Notes under the pieces: generated by a model
Seen by the model: only the letters and a program-made list of their open reading frames with translations
The model's database searches: none
What the model was told of the DNA's origin: nothing
Shown: piece by piece, positions 46,444 to 55,677 of the stretch
Layout: every line of letters starts with the position of its first letter
How positions within the stretch are numbered: position 1 is the first letter of the stretch
Translations under genes and position numbers: made by a program
Source of the DNA: Candidatus Woesearchaeota archaeon
Lineage (GTDB): Archaea; Nanobdellota; Nanobdellia; Pacearchaeales; GW2011-AR1
NCBI GenBank assembly: GCA_964468545.1
Contig: CAYXTT010000001.1
Span: forward strand, 1,894-65,893
DNA length: 64,000 nucleotides
Direction: 5' to 3'

Positions 46444-46965
46444 ATGCCCAAAATCAAAGCAACTCTAATCTCGGAAAGAATTACATCAAATTCAACCGAA
46501 GCCCAAACCCTCTTCGAAAAATCCAGCTTCGGCGAAAAACTCGGCGAAAAAATTCTGTACTCACTCTCCGAATCCCTCTTCCTCGTCGAAGAAAAAAAAA
46601 TGGAAATCCACGACCACCAAAATAAAAAACTAACCAACGAAGAAATCCTAAAAAAATTCCAAAACATCGACAAAAAATTCAAGACAAAATACCTCATCTT
46701 CAAAGACCTCCGCCAAAAAGGATACATAGTAAAATCCGCATTAAAATTCGGAGCCGAATTCCGCGTCTACGAAAAAGGCAAAAGAATAAACAACGCCCAC
46801 TCCAAATGGATTCTTTTTCCAGTTACGGAAAACTCGACGATGACCTGGCAAGATTTCTCCGCAAAAAATCGCGTCGCTCATTCAACTAAAAAAAATCTCC
46901 TAATCGCAGTCGCCGACGAAGAAGGCGACGTCTCCTACTACGAAGTCAAATGGACCCAACCATAA
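46444..46965 (+). CDS. endA: tRNA-splicing endonuclease (homotetramer-type EndA).
   Basis: Catalytic domain YLIFKDLRQKGYIVKSALKFGAEFRVYEKG...HSKWILFPV. Confidence 0.8.
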   Translation: MPKIKATLISERITSNSTEAQTLFEKSSFGEKLGEKILYSLSESLFLVEEKKMEIHDHQNKKLTNEEILKKFQNIDKKFKTKYLIFKDLRQKGYIVKSALKFGAEFRVYEKGKRINNAHSKWILFPVTENSTMTWQDFSAKNRVAHSTKKNLLIAVADEEGDVSYYEVKWTQP

Positions 46966-47004
46966 TTCCTAAATCTTTATAACTCTAAAACATTTCTAAA
47001 TCCA

Positions 47005-47859
47005 ATGATAGATGTACAAGAGAAAAAAAATAAAATAATTTCATTTCTAAAAATAAACGGACCATCACTCCCAGTCCGAATCGCAAAAACAATCGAGATG
47101 GACCCCGTCTTCGCGTCGGCAATTCTCTCAGAACTTCTCGGCTCAAAACAAATCAAAACAAGCCACATGAAAATCGGCGCGTCTCCGCTTTATCTCCTTT
47201 CCGGCCAAGAACAAAAACTCGAAGAACACACGGGAAATTTAAAACCCGTCGAAAAAGAAACACTCTTAAAATTAAAAGGAAAAAAAATTCTAACAGACGA
47301 AAACGAAGAACCCTCAACCCGAGTTGCCCTCAGGAACATCAAGGACTTCGCAATTCCATTCAAGTCCCAAGATAAAATAATGTGGAAATATGCATTCCCC
47401 GACGGAGAAAAATTAAAAAAACCAGAACTCATCAAAGAAGCTATCCAGCCAGAACCAATTAGAAAACCCATAGAACAACAATCCAAAATAGAAAACATCT
47501 TCGAAAAAAAAGAAATCGTAAACATTCAAAAATCCATCGAACACCCAAAACCAGAATTTCTAAACGAAGTAAAATCATTCCTCCAAAAACACAAAATTGA
47601 ATTCATAGAAGAAATACAATCAGAAAAAAAAGAAATCGTCGCAAAAGTAAATATAGAATCCGTTCTCGGACATGTCCACTTCCTTCTCATCGCCAAAAAT
47701 AAACGCACAACATCACAAGAAGAAATCAACGCATCGATTCAAAGAGCACAATACAGCAAAATGCCATGTCTTCTAATCATCCGAAAAGAACCCTCTAAAT
47801 CCCTTCAAAAAACAATCGACGAAAATCATCTCATCAAACTGCTAATTATGCAACCATAA
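47005..47859 (+). CDS. Hypothetical protein with an N-terminal winged-helix-like domain.
   Basis: 284 aa. ISFLKINGPSLPVRIAKTIEMD...AILSELLGSK. The C-terminal region is unassigned. Confidence 0.4.
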   Translation: MIDVQEKKNKIISFLKINGPSLPVRIAKTIEMDPVFASAILSELLGSKQIKTSHMKIGASPLYLLSGQEQKLEEHTGNLKPVEKETLLKLKGKKILTDENEEPSTRVALRNIKDFAIPFKSQDKIMWKYAFPDGEKLKKPELIKEAIQPEPIRKPIEQQSKIENIFEKKEIVNIQKSIEHPKPEFLNEVKSFLQKHKIEFIEEIQSEKKEIVAKVNIESVLGHVHFLLIAKNKRTTSQEEINASIQRAQYSKMPCLLIIRKEPSKSLQKTIDENHLIKLLIMQP

Positions 47860-47889
47860 ACTTTTAAACCCAAGACAACACGACTAATC

Positions 47890-48096
47890 ATGGGAAGAAT
47901 AAAATCCACTCTAATCAAAAGAACATCAAGACAACTAATAGAAAATTCGGAAGAATCCTTCGACAAAACATTCGGAAAAAACAAAAAAACACTCGGGAAC
48001 ATCTTGCCAAGCAAAAAAATGCGAAACAAAATCGCGGGCTATATCACTCGAATAAACAAAAACAAAAAAAACATCATCGACGATACAACCAAATAA
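47890..48096 (+). CDS. rps17e: Ribosomal protein S17e.
   Basis: MGRIKSTLIKRTSRQLIE... matches the S17e N-terminus MGRVRTKTVKK. Confidence 0.8.
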   Translation: MGRIKSTLIKRTSRQLIENSEESFDKTFGKNKKTLGNILPSKKMRNKIAGYITRINKNKKNIIDDTTK

Positions 48097-48097
48097 A

Positions 48098-48397
48098 ATG
48101 ACAGAAGAAACAATTAAATCTGAAGAAAACTCTATTTTTATAGGAGCCAAACCATTCATGAATTATGTAACAGGAGTTATAATGCAATTTGGAAACGGCG
48201 CCGAAGAAGTAATAGTCAAAGCACGCGGAAAATTTATATGCAAAGGTGTAGATGTTGCAGAAGTCGCGCGAAGAAAATTCCTCGAAGACAAAAATGTATC
48301 AGTAAAAAATGTCTCAATCGGCAGCGAAGAATTCGAAAACAAAGAAGGCAAAACCGTCAACGTCTCCGTCATAGAAATAACTTTAAAAAAAGAATAA
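48098..48397 (+). CDS. albA: Alba DNA/RNA-binding protein.
   Basis: NSIFIGAKPFMNYVTGVIMQFGNGAEEVIVKARGKFICKGVDVAE. Confidence 0.85.
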   Translation: MTEETIKSEENSIFIGAKPFMNYVTGVIMQFGNGAEEVIVKARGKFICKGVDVAEVARRKFLEDKNVSVKNVSIGSEEFENKEGKTVNVSVIEITLKKE

Positions 48398-48652
48398 CTA
48401 CTTTTTAAATTTCCTTTTCAAAAGTTTATCCACCTTTCCACCAATCAAATCAATCTTCCCTTCGAGAACACCCAGTTTTTTATATCTCTTAATATTCAAA
48501 ACAAAACTAATAATCAAATAAACAACATAAACAATAAACGCAATACTAACAGCTTGTAAAACAACAATAAGTCCGCCAATTTTCTCAATAATCTCCGGCG
48601 GCAAAACTGAAATGATATCAGACAAATTCACAACAACATCACTCACGACCAT
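48398..48652 (-). CDS. Small single-pass membrane protein, hypothetical.
   Basis: 84 aa with a central transmembrane helix and a basic C-terminus. Confidence 0.35.
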   Translation of the reverse strand: MVVSDVVVNLSDIISVLPPEIIEKIGGLIVVLQAVSIAFIVYVVYLIISFVLNIKRYKKLGVLEGKIDLIGGKVDKLLKRKFKK

Positions 48653-48761
48653 CCGACAAGAAGCAATTCCACATATATAAAATTAACCAACCCTATAAAA
48701 CCATCCACTGATGAAATCGTTTTACCACACAACACATCCTAACCTAATCCCTAACGGTTAA

Positions 48762-48833
48762 TGGCTCTGACGAGTGCTGACCTCGTGACCTCCGCCTCAT
48801 GAGAGCGGCGCTCTACCGCTGAGCTACAGAGCC
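48762..48833 (-). tRNA. tRNA with a CAT anticodon (Met, or Ile2 if modified). The T-loop is unusual (GTCAGCA).
   Basis: The reverse complement folds with D-arm GCTC-AGCGGTA-GAGC, anticodon loop CTCATGA and acceptor GGCTCTG/CAGAGCC. Confidence 0.6.
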
Positions 48834-48869
48834 ATACAAAAAACTAACAAATTTAATTTAAAAGACTTC

Positions 48870-50195
48870 CTAAAACAACTCATTCAACCAATTAACAAAA
48901 TTATCAAACCAAGAACCTGCCTCGGATACCACAACTTTATATTTATCATCACAAGACATACAATCACCACCACAATCAATTCCCGTCTCGTCTCCATCTA
49001 AAACATTATCATAACAATAATCACAATAACTGCTATTTTCCCTATCGTCAAAATAAATATCCATATAAAGATTTTCCCCCGTCCCCTCTTTAACTCTTGC
49101 AATTAAATTATCATTCAATTTATTATAAACTCCAATAAACTCCGCCCCACATCGAATAAACTTCTTAACATAAATATCCACACCAACAGAACAACTCCTT
49201 ATTTCCTCCTCTGAATCAACGCAAAAATTCTTATCTCTGCAAATTCTGGATTTAATACCCTCAAGACTACTTACCTTCTCCTCTATTAAATTCATAAAAT
49301 TGTAATTAACTTCGCAACTCGTCCATTCGCCACATTCAATATCTGGAACACACTCACCCAAAAAATTACATTCCAATTTTTGCGGAACATCATAGGAAGT
49401 TCCACAATCATTCAAATCCCTACACGCAGGAACAGTATATCCACCACTACATCCCGACCACTCACACTTCCAATCCTCAACACAAGTTCCATTACAATAC
49501 CTCACCGCCAATGGAACATTCGTCGACACAAAACATTTATTGACATCTTTACACCCTCTTCTCTGAACTCCATCAACACAACTTTCCCACTCACCACACT
49601 TCCAATCAGATTTGCACTTAGATTCCCACACCATTTCTCTATCAACCAAATTCAAATTAAAAATATCCGAATTTGAGAAAACATCTTTGACAACCTCTAC
49701 ATAATCATCAGCACCAACTCCATCCAAAGGACTTATACTTACATTAAATCCATTCTCGTTTACCCTCGCTGGGCAATAGCTCACAAAAACTTTTTTAGTA
49801 TTATTACAAATCGGCACAGAAAAATTCTTAACAACATCAAACACCACATCGAGATTCTGCGGATTTCTCTCGGCGGAAATCTTGTATGCCTGAGACCCAC
49901 CCATAACCGGCACATCCGTCAACTTATAAAATTGAGAATCAAAATCAAAAAATGAAACTTTCAAAAAATTAATCTTATAATCATCTTTGCCTCTCTTTAT
50001 TTCGAGAAAAATAGTTTTAGAATAAGCGTCATAACACGAATCATAACTAAAACTTGGAGCCGCATTTACATCAACACACTCTTCAGAATTAACTACCGCA
50101 TCCTCGGAAGAAAAATTCCACAACATCCCACCTAAAACTAAAATAGCAATAATCAAAATCGCCACATTTATTATCGCCAACCACTTTCCCCTCAT
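48870..50195 (-). CDS. Cys-rich secreted or surface protein with an N-terminal membrane anchor.
   Basis: 441 aa, about 40 Cys in repeated CxxC/CxC contexts. The N-terminal transmembrane helix is LAIINVAILIIAILVLGGMLW. Confidence 0.5.
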   Translation of the reverse strand: MRGKWLAIINVAILIIAILVLGGMLWNFSSEDAVVNSEECVDVNAAPSFSYDSCYDAYSKTIFLEIKRGKDDYKINFLKVSFFDFDSQFYKLTDVPVMGGSQAYKISAERNPQNLDVVFDVVKNFSVPICNNTKKVFVSYCPARVNENGFNVSISPLDGVGADDYVEVVKDVFSNSDIFNLNLVDREMVWESKCKSDWKCGEWESCVDGVQRRGCKDVNKCFVSTNVPLAVRYCNGTCVEDWKCEWSGCSGGYTVPACRDLNDCGTSYDVPQKLECNFLGECVPDIECGEWTSCEVNYNFMNLIEEKVSSLEGIKSRICRDKNFCVDSEEEIRSCSVGVDIYVKKFIRCGAEFIGVYNKLNDNLIARVKEGTGENLYMDIYFDDRENSSYCDYCYDNVLDGDETGIDCGGDCMSCDDKYKVVVSEAGSWFDNFVNWLNELF

Positions 50196-50248
50196 AGCAT
50201 CATAAGAAAAAAAGAGTTTAATTATTTATCTACACATTAAAACATATT

Positions 50249-51211
50249 TTACCAAGATAATTCCTTTGCCCTATTAACAATTCTCGAAGCAACTCCACCT
50301 TCAGAAGTTGAATCATTTTCATCTTTTTTGCGAACAAACTTATCTCCAAAAACTTTAGTACGAGCAACCAACCCCTGCTTTTTTTCTTCTCTCATGACCA
50401 ATGCCCCTTTTTTTGCAATCAATCCCTCCTTCTTAGCATCATATCTTCTTTTTTTAATTAACTCTTTTTTCTTCTTTTTGAGAAGATTTCTTTCTCCATG
50501 AGCCTTCATTAAAATTAAAGCTCTTTTTCTTCTGGCGGCAATTCTATCTAATTTATTTTTTCTCTTCTTCCGCAAAGCAATAACTCTTTCTTTCTTTTTA
50601 CTAATTTTTAACAATCCCTTCTTCTTAATAGCCGCAATTTTTTTCATTTTTTTAACACGTTTAAAATTAATTCTTTCACGACCTCTTTGTTTAACGACCT
50701 CGCGATATTTATTAAAAAATCCCCCAACTTTTTCAAAAACAGAAGGCGATTTTGAAACCACATCAACTCTCTTTTTCTTATTAATAATATCCAACAACAA
50801 ATCACCCAACATCCTCACACGACCATTAATCAACTCCTCATTAGAATAATAACTTGCAAACATCGCCTTACAAAAACCAATCTCTTCTTCTTCATTGTCC
50901 TTTTCAAACTTAGCAATTAGTATAGAATAACTATCTCTCCCATGTGTTCCATAAATCCGTGCAAAATACTCCTTCGCTGTTTTATCAATAAAATCCAATT
51001 TTTCTTTCGCTGTTTTATCTCCTTTCAAAAACTTCCTTAATTTATCAACCGGAGTACTCTCTCGCGCCATCTTCTCTATGCGTATTTTTTTCTTCTTCAA
51101 AGAAACTTCAATAAAAATAAGAATAATAGCGACGATAATAGCAACAATCACAAACCCGAACAAAAACCTGATGCGACCATCTGAAAACAACGAAACAACC
51201 AAATACCACCT
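50249..51211 (-). CDS. Lys-rich membrane-anchored hypothetical protein. The start is uncertain: the track ORF extends to 51394 but would overlap the Sm gene.
   Basis: A transmembrane segment FLFGFVIVAIIVAIILIF, then a highly basic KKKR-rich C-terminal half. Alternative start MARESTP at about 51073. Confidence 0.35.
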   Translation of the reverse strand, partial: RWYLVVSLFSDGRIRFLFGFVIVAIIVAIILIFIEVSLKKKKIRIEKMARESTPVDKLRKFLKGDKTAKEKLDFIDKTAKEYFARIYGTHGRDSYSILIAKFEKDNEEEEIGFCKAMFASYYSNEELINGRVRMLGDLLLDIINKKKRVDVVSKSPSVFEKVGGFFNKYREVVKQRGRERINFKRVKKMKKIAAIKKKGLLKISKKKERVIALRKKRKNKLDRIAARRKRALILMKAHGERNLLKKKKKELIKKRRYDAKKEGLIAKKGALVMREEKKQGLVARTKVFGDKFVRKKDENDSTSEGGVASRIVNRAKELSW

Positions 51212-51285
51212 CATAAAAATCACAACACAATCCCATATAAAAAGCTTCCCAAAATATTTAAATACCCAAACAATCGAATACTCCA

Positions 51286-51525
51286 ATGGTAAACGGAATC
51301 GATAGACCTTTGGATTTGCTGAATTCAGCAAAAGGTAAAGAGATTTTAGTGCAGCTGAAAAACGGCAAGCAACTTGTCGGAACTTTGCTCGCATTCGACA
51401 TCCACATCAACGTGGTTCTCGACAACGCGAAAGAAGTTGAAAACGGAGAACAAACAACAAGCTACGGCTTGACTTTCCTCCGAGGAGACACGATAATTTT
51501 CATCTCCCCAGCCACTAAAGCATAG
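51286..51525 (+). CDS. Sm-like archaeal protein (SmAP/LSm).
   Basis: RPLDLLNSAKGKEILVQLKNGKQLVGTLLAFDIHINVVLDNAKE. A TATA-like ATATTTAAATA lies about 28 nt upstream, suggesting a leaderless transcript. Confidence 0.85.
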   Translation: MVNGIDRPLDLLNSAKGKEILVQLKNGKQLVGTLLAFDIHINVVLDNAKEVENGEQTTSYGLTFLRGDTIIFISPATKA

Positions 51526-51587
51526 AGCGTTCGTCTGATTAATTTCGCAAGACAACGAATTCTAAAAATTAACAAACATAGTGAAAG

Positions 51588-52493
51588 CTACAATTCTAAT
51601 TTATCCAAATCCTCCGCAACCCTAACATTCTTAAAAATCTCAGAAGCCTCGCCCAATATCACTTTCGGAATCTCATCATACCTCTGACTCAAATGCGTCA
51701 AAATCAACTTCCCAACCTTTGCCTTCTTCGCAATCTTCGCCGCACCCACCGACGTCAAATGCCCATACTTCTCAGCAATCTCTTTCTCATCAACAGAATA
51801 AGTCGCCTCGCAAACCAGCAAATCAGAATCCTTAACTAACTCAATAATATTATCATTCATCCGCGTATCCAAAACAAAACTTATCTTCCTCTCTTTCTCC
51901 TTGTAAACCAACTTCTTCCCGTCAACTTTCTTCCCATTAATCAAAACACTTTCCCCCTTCACCAACTCACCAATCAAAGGCGAATTCCCTAATTTCAACT
52001 TTTCCAACTTCTCCTTACTAATTCTAACTTTCTCTTTCAAAACAAAAGCATACGCGACACACAAGACATCATGCTCCATCACCGACGACTCCAAATAAAA
52101 ATCATCGCTCTCAAAAAATTTCCCATCGCCAACCTCGTGAACATCAATCTTTAACTCCGTCCCCTTGTGCGCGAAAAGTTCCAAATACAAATCAATTTTT
52201 CTCCTCGTCCCTCTCGGCCCATAAATTTCCAACTTCCGATTATACCCATTCAACATCAGCGTCTTGAAAAGCCCAGGCAAACCCAAAACATGATCACCGT
52301 GCCAATGCGTAATCAAAATCTTCGTAATCTTACATGGGTTCAACTTCGCCCGCCTAAACTGCCTCTGCGCCCCTTCCCCACAATCAACCAAAATATTCTC
52401 GTCCTTAAATTGCAAATACATCGCCGGATGATTACGCCTCGCCGTCGGAACCGCACTCCCCGTCCCCAAAAATGTTAATTTAATTTTCTCCAT
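51588..52493 (-). CDS. rnz: Ribonuclease Z (tRNA 3'-processing metallo-beta-lactamase).
   Basis: LGTGSAVP and the ITHWHGDHVLGLPGL His motif. 301 aa. Confidence 0.9.
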   Translation of the reverse strand: MEKIKLTFLGTGSAVPTARRNHPAMYLQFKDENILVDCGEGAQRQFRRAKLNPCKITKILITHWHGDHVLGLPGLFKTLMLNGYNRKLEIYGPRGTRRKIDLYLELFAHKGTELKIDVHEVGDGKFFESDDFYLESSVMEHDVLCVAYAFVLKEKVRISKEKLEKLKLGNSPLIGELVKGESVLINGKKVDGKKLVYKEKERKISFVLDTRMNDNIIELVKDSDLLVCEATYSVDEKEIAEKYGHLTSVGAAKIAKKAKVGKLILTHLSQRYDEIPKVILGEASEIFKNVRVAEDLDKLEL

Positions 52494-52522
52494 AAAACAA
52501 TACAGAAAAAGACTTTTTATTT

Positions 52523-52828
52523 CTACCTAATACTTTTCAAATCTACAATTTCTCCATCAGTCTCACCCAAATACTTAGCACTATAAACTACCTCAACACA
52601 TATAGAACTTATAATCCCAGGAACACTCTGCGCATACTTATTCGATTGATATGTAGCACAAAAACTAAAACTCATAATGTCATGCCCATTAAATGCCCCC
52701 ATTTCACAAGCCTTCATTTCCCCCCTCTCTCTTAGCTGTTCTTCGGAAAAACCATGAGTAACCATCTCATAACACAAGCCATTAATATAAAACGGACATC
52801 GTTCATCTGAAGCCATAAAACAATACAA
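52523..52828 (-). CDS. Small Cys-containing hypothetical protein.
   Basis: About 95 aa from MASDERCPFYINGLC. Confidence 0.3.
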   Translation of the reverse strand: MYCFMASDERCPFYINGLCYEMVTHGFSEEQLRERGEMKACEMGAFNGHDIMSFSFCATYQSNKYAQSVPGIISSICVEVVYSAKYLGETDGEIVDLKSIR

Positions 52829-52866
52829 ATACTCTCTTTAAAAGAATTATTGTAATAAAGAATCCA

Positions 52867-52937
52867 AGCAGACACCAGGATTTGCACCTGGGATCAGCGG
52901 GTTGCAGCCGCTTGCCTTACTACTTGGCTATGCCTGC
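52867..52937 (-). tRNA. tRNA-Cys (anticodon GCA).
   Basis: The reverse complement has acceptor GCAGGCA/TGTCTGC, anticodon stem AGCGG/CCGCT with loop CTGCAAC, and T-arm CCAGG-TGCAAAT-CCTGG. Confidence 0.7.
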
Positions 52938-53028
52938 ATACAAGATTTACAAATCAATAGTTTTTAAGATTAATTGCACCTGGGATTAGTATGATTGTAG
53001 AAAAAATTTCGCTTCAAAAAAAATCCGT

Positions 53029-53058
53029 GTTAGTCTGTGTTAGTCCGTGTGCTATTTC
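53029..53058 (+). repeat. Decamer element D (AAAATCCGTGTTAGTCTGTGTTAGTCCGTGTGCTATTT) in the tRNA-Cys/tRNA-Arg spacer.
   Basis: Same family as 18594, 23433 and 32041. A partial tRNA-Cys T-arm copy (TTGCACCTGGGAT) lies at 52971-52988. Confidence 0.8.
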
Positions 53059-53082
53059 TCTAAAAACAGATTACTAACTCAA

Positions 53083-53157
53083 CGCTCCCGACAGGATTTG
53101 AACCTGCGACTTTTAGCTTAGAAGGCTAACACTCTATCCAGGCTGAGTTACGGGAGC
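53083..53157 (-). tRNA. tRNA-Arg (anticodon TCT).
   Basis: The reverse complement has acceptor GCTCCCG/CGGGAGC, D-arm ACTC...GAGT, anticodon stem TTAGC/GCTAA with loop CTTCTAA, and T-loop TTCAAAT. Confidence 0.8.
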
Positions 53158-53230
53158 ACAAGATTAGTTAATTATCCCAATTTAAAAGTTTATTGACAAA
53201 GAATAAAAACTCTACTTTTCTTAAGATACC

Positions 53231-54739
53231 ATGACAAAGAATAAAAACAAAACAAAAGAATTCTCAAGTTTCATAAGCGACTCCGGATTAATCTGGGGAC
53301 CCGAACCAGAAATCTACGGCGGTCTCGCCGGCTTCTACACCTACGGCCCACTCGGCAAACTCCTAAAAAACAAAGTCGAAAACTCCGTCCGAAAAATTTT
53401 CAACTCAAACGGATTAAGAGAACTCGAAGGCCCAACCGTAATGCCCGACTCAGTTTGGGAAGCATCCGGCCATCTCAACACCTTCAAAGACCGAACAATA
53501 AAATGCTCAAAATGCAACGCAACTTTCCGCGCCGACAAAATCGTAGAAGAAAGTTTCGACGTCTCAGCCGACGCATGGAACGACAAAAAAATCCTCGACT
53601 TCATAAAAGAAAAACAAATCAAATGCCCGTCCTGCAAATCGAACTTCGAAAACAAAATCGAAACCCAAAGCCTAATGATGAAAACAAAAGTCGCAGGAAC
53701 AGAAAGCTCCCTAAGGCCAGAAACAGCGACGGTAACCTACCTCCCATATCTCCGATTCTACAACTACTTCAAACGAAAACTTCCATTCGGCGTCTTCCAA
53801 ATCGGCAAGGCCTACCGAAACGAAATCTCCCCAAGACAACACGTTCTCCGCGGCCGCGAATTCACCCAAGCCGAAGGCCAACTCTTCATCGACCCAAAAG
53901 AAAAAAACAGCTGGGAAAAATTCAACGAAATCAAAAAAAACAAACTTCCATTCTGGGACTACAAAAGCCAAGAAAAAAACAAAGAGCCCAAATCAATCAG
54001 CGTCGAAGATGCCCTAAAAAACAAACTCATAAAATCCCAAGCATACGGCTGGTGCATCAATCTCGCATACCAACTCTACATCGGCTTCGGAATTCCAGAA
54101 AATAAAATAAGGTTAAGACAACATCACCCCGACGAAAAAGCATTCTATGCCGACGACGCCTGGGACCTCGAAGTAAATCTCAACGAATATGGCTGGACAG
54201 AAATGTGCGGCGTCCACGACCGAACAGACTACGACCTCACACAGCACTCAAAATTCTCCGGACAAAAACTCGAAGCAACACGAGAGGATGGAAGTAAATT
54301 CACACCTCACGTTTTAGAAATCGCCTTCGGAACCGACCGCCCAACCTACGCACTCATCGACTTATTCTACAAAGAAAAAAAAGAACAGGAAGGTAAAACA
54401 ACTTTCGAAATCCCATACCACATGGCGCCAATCGACATCTCAATTTTCCCGCTAATGAAAAAACCCGAACTAACAAAACTCGCCAAAAAAATAAAAGAAG
54501 ACCTCGAAAAAAATTTCATCATCGACTATAACACATCAGGCAGCATCGGCAAACGATATCTCCGAAGCGCGACTGAAGGAACCCCATACGCAATCACAAT
54601 TGACTATGACTCCCTCAAAAACAACGACATCACAATCCGCGACCGCGACACCGAAAAACAAATCAGAATAAAAATCGAAACCCTCAAAGACACACTAAGA
54701 AAACTCTTATCCAACGAAATCAAATTCAAAAACAAATAA
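53231..54739 (+). CDS. glyS: Glycyl-tRNA synthetase, archaeal/eukaryotic alpha2 type.
   Basis: GFYTYGPLG (human GlyRS has YDFGPVG) and TFRADKIVEE (GlyRS CFRADHLLK). A Zn-ribbon insertion CSKC...CPSC. Class II motifs and a C-terminal anticodon-binding domain. Confidence 0.75.
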   Translation: MTKNKNKTKEFSSFISDSGLIWGPEPEIYGGLAGFYTYGPLGKLLKNKVENSVRKIFNSNGLRELEGPTVMPDSVWEASGHLNTFKDRTIKCSKCNATFRADKIVEESFDVSADAWNDKKILDFIKEKQIKCPSCKSNFENKIETQSLMMKTKVAGTESSLRPETATVTYLPYLRFYNYFKRKLPFGVFQIGKAYRNEISPRQHVLRGREFTQAEGQLFIDPKEKNSWEKFNEIKKNKLPFWDYKSQEKNKEPKSISVEDALKNKLIKSQAYGWCINLAYQLYIGFGIPENKIRLRQHHPDEKAFYADDAWDLEVNLNEYGWTEMCGVHDRTDYDLTQHSKFSGQKLEATREDGSKFTPHVLEIAFGTDRPTYALIDLFYKEKKEQEGKTTFEIPYHMAPIDISIFPLMKKPELTKLAKKIKEDLEKNFIIDYNTSGSIGKRYLRSATEGTPYAITIDYDSLKNNDITIRDRDTEKQIRIKIETLKDTLRKLLSNEIKFKNK

Positions 54740-54857
54740 ACAAAACAATTCTCGACCCACCAAAACAAAAACATCTACCACGCTCCTCAATTTATTGCCA
54801 ACATAAATAACATCTTCAAAACCCGAATATTTATAAATACAAAAATCATAGAAAAGT

Positions 54858-55061
54858 ATGCTAACAAAAAAAAGCGTGACAATCTTGGTTATTATCGCAA
54901 TAGTTTTAGCCGGAATCACAATTGCAATTCAATTCTCTAACACAGAAGAAGTTTCAACAACTACACCAGTCACAGGAAACTCAATAAAAGGAAGTAGCGT
55001 CGGAATTAATATTCTTCCACCACAAGTCGAAGACAAACTTACCAGCGGTGAACAATCATGA
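54858..55061 (+). CDS. Small pilin-like protein with a probable class III (type IV prepilin-like) signal peptide.
   Basis: MLTKKS|VTILVIIAIVLAGITIAIQF: a short basic N-terminus, then a hydrophobic helix. Confidence 0.4.
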   Translation: MLTKKSVTILVIIAIVLAGITIAIQFSNTEEVSTTTPVTGNSIKGSSVGINILPPQVEDKLTSGEQS

Positions 55062-55648
55062 AAATTAATATAACAGAAATCATAGGATACTTCGCCATCG
55101 CAGTAATATTAATTTCACTTTTTTCCATTGGAACTAAAATCACCGGATTTGCAGTAACAGATAATGAAACAGGAGTAGTCAATGTCACAATATCCGGCTC
55201 AGGAGCATTAAACTTCACAACAGCTATTCTAGATTTCGGCGCCGGTGCAGTGAATGGAGGACAAGCAGGGGCAACAATAAACAGCGAAGGAAGTCAAGGC
55301 GAAGGAACATGGGCAGCACAAAATGGACAATTAGTTCTCGAAAACATTGGAAATGTAAATGTAAGCTTAACACTCTCAACAAACAAATCAGTAGCCGACT
55401 TCATCGGAGGAACAAGCCCAACATTCAAAGCAAAAACAACAGACAGTGCCTCAAACACTGGAGCATGCACCGGTACCGAAACATTCAGCTCATACGCAAC
55501 AATTAACACAACTCTTCAAACAGCATGCTCTGTCTTTGGATATTCATCCGCCCTCGACGAAATAGATATTGATTTCGAATTATACATTCCTAACGATGCA
55601 ACAGGCGAAAAAACAGTCGGAATAGTCGCAATAGGAACATACACATAA
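55058..55648 (+). CDS. Secreted or pilin-like Thr/Gly/Ser-rich protein.
   Basis: An N-terminal hydrophobic segment. It overlaps the preceding gene by 4 nt. Confidence 0.4.
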   Translation: MKINITEIIGYFAIAVILISLFSIGTKITGFAVTDNETGVVNVTISGSGALNFTTAILDFGAGAVNGGQAGATINSEGSQGEGTWAAQNGQLVLENIGNVNVSLTLSTNKSVADFIGGTSPTFKAKTTDSASNTGACTGTETFSSYATINTTLQTACSVFGYSSALDEIDIDFELYIPNDATGEKTVGIVAIGTYT

Positions 55649-55677
55649 TTTATAAATTAGAATTTATTCAACACCTC

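Noticed and set aside
46335-46727. 130-aa - strand ORF.
   Set aside because: It overlaps tRNA-Gln and is antisense to the well-supported endA gene.
50249-51394. Full-length 381-aa version of the Lys-rich protein.
   Set aside because: Its first about 60 codons would overlap the well-supported Sm gene with its own leaderless promoter. An internal start at 51211 or 51073 is more plausible.
18594-53058. Considered whether the tandem heptamer and decamer repeats could be CRISPR arrays.
   Set aside because: The units are directly contiguous with no spacers, are only 7-10 nt long with 3-4 copies, and no cas genes are present. They are not CRISPR.
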